A stretch of DNA of 64,000 nucleotides from Bacteroidota bacterium. Lineage in GTDB: Bacteria > Bacteroidota > Bacteroidia > Bacteroidales > FEN-979. The translations under genes and the position numbers were made by a program. Below are positions 6,825 to 15,363 of this stretch, piece after piece (within the stretch, counting starts at the first letter, position 1; the number at the start of each line of letters is the position of its first letter). Under the pieces are notes generated by a model that was not told where the DNA came from, did not search any database, and was given only the letters and a program-made list of their open reading frames with translations. The stretch lies in NCBI GenBank assembly GCA_026391795.1, contig JAPLDI010000015.1, positions 68,557 through 132,556 of the forward strand. Reading direction: 5' to 3'.

Positions 6825-9512
6825 TCACTTTTTCACCAGGTAATACTTCGCAAAAAAACGAAGATACAGGTTGATGTCTTTGCTCCGGTAAAAGATGGGA
6901 TAATTGTCGGCCGATATTACAAAGTCGCTGAAACCGGTGTTTTCAAGTTTTGTGAATATATAGGGATTGTTCTGAATGGAGTTATAATAGGCCATGGCCC
7001 TTTCATCATTTTCGAAATTGTTCACGGTGATCATCTCCTGCGATCCGTCGAGCAGCAGGCTGTTCACCTGCAGCGTCTCATTGCCGTGGTATTTCGAATT
7101 GAAATCGGAGAGCCTGATTTTTAGTGCATTCACATCGATCCGGTTGTTATCGGCAATCAGGATAAAGAAATGGATCGAGCTCGGCATAAAGGCATAAAGT
7201 TTCGATATCGGTTCGGGCAGAGCCGTTGAGTCTGTCAGGATGGGCTCTCCCTTTGAGTTGCGCTGGTTTTTGAGGTAATCCAGTACTTTCTGGGCAAGTG
7301 GGCGGACAGGGCTTTTTGGATATTTTATCAGGATGCGCTGCATGCCTGTCACAAGTGAATCGACGACTTCGATCTTTCCGATTGATAAAGCCTTCAGGTA
7401 TTCAAACCTTGGAATCAACGCCGTATCACCGGGAAATTTCGACAGGGCAATATCGGCATTGTTGATCACCATGTAATATTGCTGGTTGATGAAGGCTTTG
7501 TAGGTGTCTTCATACAGTGTGGTGACTTCTTTCCGTTTCGACTGTGCCTCCTTGTAATAATTCGGATTCACAAGCAATTTGGCAAAATCAGTCTCGGGGT
7601 ACCGCGTAAGGATCACATTTTTAAAGGTGTCACTTTTGGGCTGATTTTCCAGCGCCTTGTAAATCATATGGAGTTCATAGTATGAAGCAACGCAGAATTT
7701 ATTGTCCGGAAAGCGGTTGTTCAGGGTCTGGAATGCATCAATGGCATGTTCATAATCATTAAGACCTTCCACATAGATAAAGCCGAGGTTATAATAGGCC
7801 TGGATGATGGTGTCGTTCGAAATTTTTATCTGTGCGGGAGTGAACGGAATATCCTGGAGGTAAAAGGCCCGTTCCTTCGGATTTTTTGATTTGGGAAGGA
7901 CCTTCTTTGTTTTGGTTGTATCGCCTCCGGCTATCGCCTGGGAAGTAGTGTCCTCAAGTGTTTCGGGCAGATTAGCTACAATCATTTTATTCGTTAAGAA
8001 CCAGTTGTCTTCCAGTTTTCTGTGCCCGAATTTGCGGGCAAAACTGGAAAATCCGTTCGAGGTTGCCGAAGGGTTGTAGAAATACCACGCACCGGTGGTT
8101 GAGCCCATAGGCGAACCTCCCGGGCCTCCCGGTGTCTGCCCTCCGTTTTGTCCGAACAAGGTCAGGTTTTCCTGCCGCTCCTGTTCTTCCTTTTGCTTTT
8201 TCGATTCTTCGGCAAGCAATTTCTGGATGATCCCGTCGATCACTGCGACACGCTGGCTTTCCGACATGGCGGCAAGTTTCTGAAGGCTGTCCTGCTGTTC
8301 GATCAGCTGCAGAAAAGTAACCAGGTCTGTCAGCGTGGCCGTTTTCTTGGTAATCTCTTTATAATTCGGATATTCTTTCGGCAGAAACTGCAGGGTGCTG
8401 TCGTAGTATGCCTGAGCCAATTTATAATGTTTGTGTGAGAAAAGGATATCGGCAAGCTGCAGCGAGGAGATTGCTTTCTGGTAATTGTTCAGTTTGCTGT
8501 GAGCGACAGACTTTTTCAGGTAATCGACGGCGGCAGAGGTATCGGCATCTTTCAAAGCCACACTTGCAAGTGCAAAATAAACCTGGTCGAGGTAGTCTTT
8601 GTTCTTCTCATCCTTGACCATTTTTTTCAACTTCTTGATAATGTAGTCACGGTTACCTGACTTCGCCACATAACATACAGCCATGTTTATCTTGGAATTG
8701 AACTCCATTTCGAAGGAGGCATTCCTTTTGATCACCATCTGGTAATACTTCGAGGCCTCATCGAACTGGCCCGTATACTGGTGGATCTGCCCGAGGATAA
8801 AAAGGCAACGGGTTTTCATCGTCCGCTGGGGGCCGATCTCTATTGCACGATCAAGAAATTCAATGGCCGGCGCATAGTTCTTCTGAAGAATATAGAAATT
8901 CGCATAACAGAGGGCCAGCATCAGCTCGTCTTTTTCCGGTGCTTTTCCCAGCCGGATCATGTTCTGAACCATATCAAGCATAGGCTCGGCCCTGTTGAAA
9001 TCACCCAGTTCCATATTGGCCAGCGATTGCCAGAGCATGGCCTCATATTTTACAGGATTGTTGTTGTACGTTTTAATTACAAACTCAAACGTACGGCGTG
9101 CCATCGGGTAATCCTGCTTGTAGAAATAGGATTTACCGATCAGCATATACGCATCGTCGATCCACCGGTTATATTCCTGGTTGTTAAAGAACATCGAATG
9201 CTTCTGGATGGTCTTGGTCGCCTTCTTTATTGCGATATCTGCATACTGGCTGATCTTGGCACTTCCGGCCTTGTCGCCGGTATAGTATACAGGAAGAATA
9301 ACGACATAATTATCTTTGGCATTGAAATAATATTCCTTCAGCCCCTCCCGCATATTGTCCATTCCATTCCAGTATACATTGTAATGAGCCGTAAGGTTAT
9401 GGTAAGCCCGACGGGTAAATGTATTTTTCTTGGTAGAACAGGATGAAAAAAAGATGATTACCGCGAGAAGAAAGAAAAGTACACAGGAAATGTATGTCCG
9501 GGATTTACTCAA
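6825..9512 (-). CDS. sprE: T9SS-associated TPR lipoprotein, SprE/PorW-like
   Basis: 895 aa with a lipoprotein signal (...IIFFSSCSTKK). Has an N-terminal HNLTAHYNVYWNG motif, multiple TPR-like repeats, a Gly/Pro-rich linker and a WYFYNPS...FGHRKLEDNWF block that I associate with SprE/PorW. Apparent TTG start. Confidence 0.6.
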   Translation of the reverse strand: MSKSRTYISCVLFFLLAVIIFFSSCSTKKNTFTRRAYHNLTAHYNVYWNGMDNMREGLKEYYFNAKDNYVVILPVYYTGDKAGSAKISQYADIAIKKATKTIQKHSMFFNNQEYNRWIDDAYMLIGKSYFYKQDYPMARRTFEFVIKTYNNNPVKYEAMLWQSLANMELGDFNRAEPMLDMVQNMIRLGKAPEKDELMLALCYANFYILQKNYAPAIEFLDRAIEIGPQRTMKTRCLFILGQIHQYTGQFDEASKYYQMVIKRNASFEMEFNSKINMAVCYVAKSGNRDYIIKKLKKMVKDEKNKDYLDQVYFALASVALKDADTSAAVDYLKKSVAHSKLNNYQKAISSLQLADILFSHKHYKLAQAYYDSTLQFLPKEYPNYKEITKKTATLTDLVTFLQLIEQQDSLQKLAAMSESQRVAVIDGIIQKLLAEESKKQKEEQERQENLTLFGQNGGQTPGGPGGSPMGSTTGAWYFYNPSATSNGFSSFARKFGHRKLEDNWFLTNKMIVANLPETLEDTTSQAIAGGDTTKTKKVLPKSKNPKERAFYLQDIPFTPAQIKISNDTIIQAYYNLGFIYVEGLNDYEHAIDAFQTLNNRFPDNKFCVASYYELHMIYKALENQPKSDTFKNVILTRYPETDFAKLLVNPNYYKEAQSKRKEVTTLYEDTYKAFINQQYYMVINNADIALSKFPGDTALIPRFEYLKALSIGKIEVVDSLVTGMQRILIKYPKSPVRPLAQKVLDYLKNQRNSKGEPILTDSTALPEPISKLYAFMPSSIHFFILIADNNRIDVNALKIRLSDFNSKYHGNETLQVNSLLLDGSQEMITVNNFENDERAMAYYNSIQNNPYIFTKLENTGFSDFVISADNYPIFYRSKDINLYLRFFAKYYLVKK

Positions 9513-9553
9513 ATACGCTGGTTTTTTAGTACTCTGTATAAACTGAATTTTTA

Positions 9554-9561
9554 CAAAAATA
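9554..9561 (-). promoter_or_regulatory. Bacteroidota -7 box TATTTTTG (minus strand) upstream of sprE-like gene
   Basis: The reverse complement of CAAAAATA matches TAnnTTTG, about 42 nt before the TTG start at 9512. Confidence 0.3.
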
Positions 9562-9707
9562 TTTTAATTTTTTGAATTTTGACGGAAATTCTGGCAGAAA
9601 TGGTTGCGGATACTTTTCCAGAGAAACCGGCGTTTTTCTTTTTCTGCCCTCTGTTTGCAATTTTTTCCGAAATTTGCAGACCCCTAGAAAAATGAACAAC
9701 TCACAGG

Positions 9708-10598
9708 ATGGCCCAGGATACTAAAGTCAAGAAGAAACGATCGTGGATGAGCAGGCTTAGAAATAAGTACCGGCTCGTGGTCATGAACGATGATACCCTT
9801 GAAGAACGGCTGACCTTCAAGCTTTCGCGGCTGAATGTCTTCATTGTTCTCGGAACCCTGACGATCATCCTGATCATCCTCACATCGATTCTTATTGCCT
9901 TTACACCCCTGCGTGAATATATTCCCGGTTATACCAACGTGGGGTTGCAAAAAAAGCTTTATGAATTGCAGATCAAAACCGATTCGATCGAAAAAGGACT
10001 TGAAAAAAGGGACCGCTTCATTCAGAACATGAAAGACGTAATGAACGGGAAAGACCTTTCAACCGATATTCCTGTTACCAGGGATACCCTTAAAAAATAC
10101 ACGAACATCAAAATAAAAAAATCACCGGAAGACTCACTGCTCCGGGTCGAAGTGGAAAACCAGGGAAAATACAACCTTTTCAGGTTTGAAAATTCGGAGA
10201 ATGTCAGACAGAAGAATGCATCCATTGGGAAAGTGCTGTTTTTTGTGCCGTTGAAAGGAGTCACCACCAATGAATTCAACCCTTCGCAAAATCATTACGG
10301 CATCGACATCGTTTCCAAACAGAATGAAGCCATCAAATGCGTCCTCGACGGAACTGTGATACTCAGCAACTGGACCCTTGAAACGGGCTATACGATCGTC
10401 GTTCAGCATCAGGAGAACATCGTATCGGTGTACAAGCACAACTCTGCCTTGCTGAAGAAAGAGGGCGAATTCGTCAAAGCCGGCGATCCCATTGCCATCA
10501 TCGGGCAAACCGGTGAACTTACCACCGGCCCGCACCTTCATTTTGAACTCTGGAGCGACGGTAACCCGGTCAACCCCAAAGATTATATCAATTTTTAG
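9708..10598 (+). CDS. M23 family metallopeptidase
   Basis: N-terminal TM anchor and a C-terminal LytM domain with HYGIDI ... HLHFELW..GNPVNP motifs. Confidence 0.85.
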   Translation: MAQDTKVKKKRSWMSRLRNKYRLVVMNDDTLEERLTFKLSRLNVFIVLGTLTIILIILTSILIAFTPLREYIPGYTNVGLQKKLYELQIKTDSIEKGLEKRDRFIQNMKDVMNGKDLSTDIPVTRDTLKKYTNIKIKKSPEDSLLRVEVENQGKYNLFRFENSENVRQKNASIGKVLFFVPLKGVTTNEFNPSQNHYGIDIVSKQNEAIKCVLDGTVILSNWTLETGYTIVVQHQENIVSVYKHNSALLKKEGEFVKAGDPIAIIGQTGELTTGPHLHFELWSDGNPVNPKDYINF

Positions 10599-10613
10599 AG
10601 ATTCGCAAAACTG

Positions 10614-11780
10614 GTGAAGAAGAACATTGCAATACTGGGATCAACCGGATCCATCGGGACACAGGCACTGAATGTGATCCGGCAGAATCCCGATATCTTC
10701 TCTGTCGAAGTTTTGTCGGCCGGATCGAATGCAGATCAGCTCATCCTTCAGGCCATCGAGTTCCTTCCCAATGCTGTGGTGATCGGCAATGAAGAATTGT
10801 ACGATAAAGTCAAGGAGGCCCTGCGTCCTTTTCCGGTCAAGGTGTTTGCCGGCCAGGATTCCCTCTCCCAGATTGTGGAAATGGATGAGATCAGCCTGGT
10901 GCTGAATGCCCTGGTGGGATATTCGGGATTGCAACCAACTCTGAATGCGATCCGGGCAGGGAAAGACATTGCCCTTGCAAATAAGGAAACCCTCGTCGTG
11001 GCGGGCGACCTGGTCATGACCCTTGCCGGGGAGTCAAATGTCAGGATCCTTCCGGTCGATTCCGAACATTCCGCCATTTTTCAATGCCTTGCAGGCGAAA
11101 CGCTCAAAAACATTGAAAAGGTCATCCTGACCGCCTCCGGCGGACCATTCAGGGGGAAAAAACAGGAACACCTGAACCTGGTGACCAAGGAAGCAGCACT
11201 GAACCATCCCAACTGGAAAATGGGAAACAAGGTTACCATCGACTCTGCTTCCCTGATGAACAAGGGACTGGAGGTGATCGAGGCAAAATGGCTGTTCGAC
11301 CTCTCCCCGTCACAGATCGATGTGATCGTCCACCCGCAGTCGGTCATTCACTCAATTGTTCAGTTTGTCGACGGATCCATGAAAGCCCAGCTCGGACCTC
11401 CCGATATGCGCGGGCCGATCCTGTATGCATTTTCTTTCCCCGGCAGGGTAATGACAGATTTTCCACGGTTTGATTTTACTGCCTGTTCACAATTCACCTT
11501 CGAACTGCCCGACCGGGATCTTTTCCGTAACCTGGGACTGGCTTACGAAGCCCTCAACAGGGGAGGAAATATGCCCTGCATCCTGAATGCGGCCAACGAA
11601 ATTGCTGTGCAGGCATTTCTCGAGGACCGGATCACCTTTATGGGAATGCCGCGTCTCATCGAAAAATGCATGCATACTGTCACTTTTGTCCAGAAACCAG
11701 CCTATGAAGATTATGTGCAAACCAACGGGGAAGCCCGGGCAAGAGCCCTCGAATACCTGCTGCTGAATCCTGAATCCTGA
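10614..11780 (+). CDS. dxr: 1-deoxy-D-xylulose-5-phosphate reductoisomerase
   Basis: GSTGSIG NADPH motif, LANKE, PVDSEHSAIFQC and NKGLEVIEA. GTG start. The last codons and the stop lie inside a heptamer repeat. Confidence 0.93.
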   Translation: MKKNIAILGSTGSIGTQALNVIRQNPDIFSVEVLSAGSNADQLILQAIEFLPNAVVIGNEELYDKVKEALRPFPVKVFAGQDSLSQIVEMDEISLVLNALVGYSGLQPTLNAIRAGKDIALANKETLVVAGDLVMTLAGESNVRILPVDSEHSAIFQCLAGETLKNIEKVILTASGGPFRGKKQEHLNLVTKEAALNHPNWKMGNKVTIDSASLMNKGLEVIEAKWLFDLSPSQIDVIVHPQSVIHSIVQFVDGSMKAQLGPPDMRGPILYAFSFPGRVMTDFPRFDFTACSQFTFELPDRDLFRNLGLAYEALNRGGNMPCILNAANEIAVQAFLEDRITFMGMPRLIEKCMHTVTFVQKPAYEDYVQTNGEARARALEYLLLNPES

Positions 11781-11788
11781 ATCCTGAA
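11763..11788. repeat. perfect heptamer array (CTGAATC)x3 plus partial unit
   Basis: CTGAATC CTGAATC CTGAATC CTGAA, read directly. It contains the dxr stop codon (11778-11780). Confidence 0.95.
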
Positions 11789-11814
11789 AGTAATCATCTT
11801 TAATTCATTGTTGA

Positions 11815-13134
11815 ATGGTCATCCTAATCAAAGTCGTACAATTGCTTCTCAGCTTGTCAATCCTCGTCATATTTCACGAGTTCGGACATTTCATCGCTGC
11901 AAGGGTCTTTAAGACCCGGGTAGAAAAGTTCTATCTTTTTTTTAATCCCTGGTTCTCCCTTTTTAAATTCAAGAGAGGTGAAACTGAATATGGGATCGGT
12001 TGGGTACCCCTGGGGGGATATGTCAAGATTTCAGGCATGATTGATGAATCCATGGATAAAGAACAGATGAAGCTTCCGCCGCAGCCGTGGGAGTTCCGGT
12101 CAAAACCGGCATGGCAGCGCCTGATCATCATGCTGGGTGGTGTGACCGTCAATATCATCCTTTCCATTTTTATCTACATCGCCATCCTTTCTGTTTGGGG
12201 AGAACAGTACCTGCCTACTTCCGAAGTAAAATATGGTATTGCCGTGAATTCCATGGGATATGAAATGGGTCTCAGGAACGGCGACCGGATCCTCACCATC
12301 GACAATAAAGAAGTCGAAGAATTTTCTTCCATCCCCAAGCAGCTTGTTCTTGAAGAGGCAAAGACGATCCAGGTTATCCGGGAGGGGAATAAAATGGATG
12401 TTGTGATCCCTGCAGGATTTATCAGCAAGTTGATCCAGTCGAAATCCATTGATTTTATTTCCGTAAGGTATCCCTTTGAAGCCGGTAAATTCGTTTTGGG
12501 ATCGGTCGCAGAAAAAGCCGGGATGAAGCTCAATGACCGGATCATCGGGATCAACGATTCCTTGTTTCCTTACTTCGACGAGTTCAGGGTTGCGCTCCAG
12601 CGGTACAAAAATCAGAAAGTGAAACTTCTTCTTGTCCGTGGATCCGATACACTAAAGCTTCCGGTTACCATCCCGGCCGAAGGAAAGATCGGTGTCTACC
12701 ACAAGGAACTATCTGCCTATTTCAAACTGAAAGAGAAGTCGTACAGCCTGTTTACCGCAATTCCCGCCGGATTCAGCATGACCTTTGAGAAAACCGGGGA
12801 TTATTTGAAATCGATCAAACTGCTTTTCTCACAGGAAAAGGCCTATGAATCGGTAGGAGGGTTCATCTCCATCGGGAGCCTCTTCCCCGATGCCTGGAAT
12901 TGGCTTACCTTCTGGTCGTGGACGGCTTTCCTCTCCATCATGCTCGCCGTGATCAACGTTCTGCCTATTCCGGCACTTGACGGGGGACATGTGATGTTTC
13001 TTCTCTACGAAATCATCTTCAGGAGGAAACCGAGCGACAAGTTTATGGAATACGCCGTGATCACAGGGATGGTTATCCTTTTCGCACTGCTGATCTTTGC
13101 CAACCTGAACGATGTGCTGAAATTGTTCAGGTAA
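11815..13134 (+). CDS. rseP: RIP (site-2) zinc metalloprotease
   Basis: HEFGHF zinc motif at the N-terminus, PDZ region, and C-terminal LNVLPIPALDGG motif. It follows dxr, as in many bacteria. Confidence 0.9.
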   Translation: MVILIKVVQLLLSLSILVIFHEFGHFIAARVFKTRVEKFYLFFNPWFSLFKFKRGETEYGIGWVPLGGYVKISGMIDESMDKEQMKLPPQPWEFRSKPAWQRLIIMLGGVTVNIILSIFIYIAILSVWGEQYLPTSEVKYGIAVNSMGYEMGLRNGDRILTIDNKEVEEFSSIPKQLVLEEAKTIQVIREGNKMDVVIPAGFISKLIQSKSIDFISVRYPFEAGKFVLGSVAEKAGMKLNDRIIGINDSLFPYFDEFRVALQRYKNQKVKLLLVRGSDTLKLPVTIPAEGKIGVYHKELSAYFKLKEKSYSLFTAIPAGFSMTFEKTGDYLKSIKLLFSQEKAYESVGGFISIGSLFPDAWNWLTFWSWTAFLSIMLAVINVLPIPALDGGHVMFLLYEIIFRRKPSDKFMEYAVITGMVILFALLIFANLNDVLKLFR

Positions 13135-14031
13135 CTATTCCGTCACTTTTTCTTTCAGCGACTTAAACCCTTCGCCAAAAATCTCGGTTGCATCCAATAC
13201 CGTCAGAAATGCCTTCGGGTCAATTTGATGAACATATTCTTCCAGTATGGCGAGCTCTCTTCGGCTTACCACGGTAAAGATAATTTTCCGGTCCGCCATG
13301 TTGAACATGCCCTTTCCGTCAATGTAGGTTCCTCCGCGGTTCAGGTTTATAATGATCCTGTCGCGGATCTCCTCATGCTTTTCCGATATGATAAAAATGC
13401 TCTTGTCACTGCTCAGCCCGGTTAATACAATATCAATGACCTTGCCGGTGATGAAGATGACGATCCAGGAATAGAGTGGAATCTTCCAGTCGCGGAAAAC
13501 AAGGACGCCAACCAGAACGATGACGGAGTCAACATAAATCATCAGCATTCCGAGCGGCAAACGGGTATACTTGGCAATGATCATGGCAACAATATCTGAC
13601 CCGCCGGATGTGGCCTTTGAACGGAAGATAAGGCCCAGTCCCAGTCCCACCATCACCCCGCCGAAAATGGAAGACAACAGGGCATCTCCTTTTACAAGCG
13701 GTTCGAAACCCCAAAAATAGGTCAGGGTATCCGTAAATACAGCTGTCAGCGAAAATCCAAGAACGGTCTTGTACCCGAACCGGGGTCCCAGTATTTTGAT
13801 TCCGATGATGGTTAAGGGGATATCGAAGCAAAGTGCAACAAGCCCGACGGGGGTTCCGAACAGGTAATGCAGTACGATGGAGATCCCATAAACACCGCCG
13901 GGAATGATCTTGTAGGGAGTAATAAAGAGGACAAATCCAGAGGCAAGAATGAAGGAGCCGATGAGGATGAGGCTGTGCGAAATGAACCACTTCTTTGTGA
14001 AGGGTTTTTCATTTAAGAGAAAAAACGACAT
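13135..14031 (-). CDS. YitT family membrane protein (DUF2179 C-terminal domain)
   Basis: Multi-TM N-terminal region with GG..G motifs and a soluble C-terminal domain (TVVSRRELAILEEYV..DPKAFLTV). I prefer ATG at 14031; the track ORF extends to 14178 without homology-like sequence. Confidence 0.75.
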   Translation of the reverse strand: MSFFLLNEKPFTKKWFISHSLILIGSFILASGFVLFITPYKIIPGGVYGISIVLHYLFGTPVGLVALCFDIPLTIIGIKILGPRFGYKTVLGFSLTAVFTDTLTYFWGFEPLVKGDALLSSIFGGVMVGLGLGLIFRSKATSGGSDIVAMIIAKYTRLPLGMLMIYVDSVIVLVGVLVFRDWKIPLYSWIVIFITGKVIDIVLTGLSSDKSIFIISEKHEEIRDRIIINLNRGGTYIDGKGMFNMADRKIIFTVVSRRELAILEEYVHQIDPKAFLTVLDATEIFGEGFKSLKEKVTE

Positions 14032-14176
14032 ATGGTTTTTTTTATTTGTTATCCAGGATGATATTGCAAAGATAGTTCTTCCTGCAGATGCGGCAACAAC
14101 AGTTGCCGACCTCGTTTTTATGGATCCGGTGCAACTTTTATCGCTGAAAGCTGTATAAAGATAATCCACGGTTTGC

Positions 14177-14190
14177 AATCAGGAATCAGG
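14177..14190. repeat. heptamer doublet (AATCAGG)x2 followed by T8
   Basis: Read directly in the yitT/porP divergent intergenic region. Confidence 0.7.
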
Positions 14191-14293
14191 TTTTTTTTGA
14201 GGTAATTATAAGAAAAGGGAAGGGCATCATTGCCAAAAGAAAAATAAATAGTACTTTTAACCCCCAGTTTGTCACAACCCAATAAAAAACAGT

Positions 14294-15262
14294 TTGATTT
14301 TACCTTCTGAAAAATATCGTTTTTCATCCTCATACCAAAGGTTCCGCAGGATCCTTGCGGTCGCGATACTGACGGCAGGATTTACACCGGCTGTGGCCCA
14401 GCAGACCAGCAACATCACGCATTACATGTTCATGAACATGGCAGTAAACCCGGCGTTTGCAGGAAGCAGCGATGGTATCAATGTTACCGGCCTGGTCAGG
14501 CAGCAATGGATCGGTTTCAAAGACGACCGCGGAGGCAATACGGCACCGCAGACCCTCTTTCTCACCATCGACTCCCCGATCCGGTTTCTTCACGGCGGCA
14601 TTGGCGCGACGGTGGTTTCTGATAAATTCGGCCCTTACAACAATACGGCGGTTACCCTTGGCTATGCTTACCGGACCGATCTTGGCCCGGGTGAGATCTC
14701 TGCCGGATTGCAGGTCAATTTTCAGAACTCAAAACTCAATGTAGATCAGCTCGAACCCCTGGTAACAATTCCCGATGCGGGGAAAAGTGATTTTATCCTG
14801 GATGGTTCCCTGGGATTGTTTTATAAAGTCCCCGATAAATACTACGTCGGACTTTCCTGTATCAATGTCCTTCAAACAAAGTATAAGAAATTATTGACCC
14901 GTGACAAAGGGACGTTTGATCTTACCGGCGGATACAATTGGGTGGTCCCCGGCCATCCTGCCTTTGAACTGCAGCCTTCAGCATTTATCACGACCGACCT
15001 TGCAACCTATAGTTTCAGCATCAGCACTCTTCTTCAGTACAATAAAAAAGTATGGGGAGGACTTGCCTACAGGCAGCAGGATGCCATCTCCGTACTTGCG
15101 GGTTTCAACATAAAAGCATTCAAGGTAGGGATATCTTACGACATCAGTGTTTCCAAAATGTCGAGGTACGAGAATGGAAGCATTGAAGTGCTGTTGAACT
15201 ATTGTTTTAAGATTGAAACAGAGAAATTTAGGAAAAGTTATAAAAATACAAGGTTCTTATAA
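14294..15262 (+). CDS. porP: T9SS membrane protein PorP/SprF family
   Basis: Signal peptide ending AVAQQ followed by NITHYMFMNMAVNPAFAG, the hallmark N-terminus of PorP/SprF. It lies directly upstream of gldK, as in Porphyromonas. There is no in-frame ATG before the signal peptide (TTG at 14294). Confidence 0.8.
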   Translation: MILPSEKYRFSSSYQRFRRILAVAILTAGFTPAVAQQTSNITHYMFMNMAVNPAFAGSSDGINVTGLVRQQWIGFKDDRGGNTAPQTLFLTIDSPIRFLHGGIGATVVSDKFGPYNNTAVTLGYAYRTDLGPGEISAGLQVNFQNSKLNVDQLEPLVTIPDAGKSDFILDGSLGLFYKVPDKYYVGLSCINVLQTKYKKLLTRDKGTFDLTGGYNWVVPGHPAFELQPSAFITTDLATYSFSISTLLQYNKKVWGGLAYRQQDAISVLAGFNIKAFKVGISYDISVSKMSRYENGSIEVLLNYCFKIETEKFRKSYKNTRFL

Positions 15263-15363
15263 TAGAAAAAGTTATTTTTGCCGTTGAAAAATTGAATTCA
15301 GAACGGAAAAGATAATAAACTCTACAAAGTAGCGTTATATTTCTTCATCTAATCGGCCAAAAA

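Noticed and set aside
9513-9707. AT-rich 195-nt divergent spacer at a strand-switch point, considered as a possible oriC.
   Set aside because: There are no TTATCCACA-type DnaA boxes (best words have 2 or more mismatches) and no dnaA/dnaN nearby. It is more simply two divergent promoters.
14032-14178. 49-codon N-terminal extension of the YitT-family ORF.
   Set aside because: It is not hydrophobic or conserved-looking, and family-typical length is reached from the ATG at 14031. The region also contains the AATCAGG doublet and a T8 run, typical of spacer DNA.
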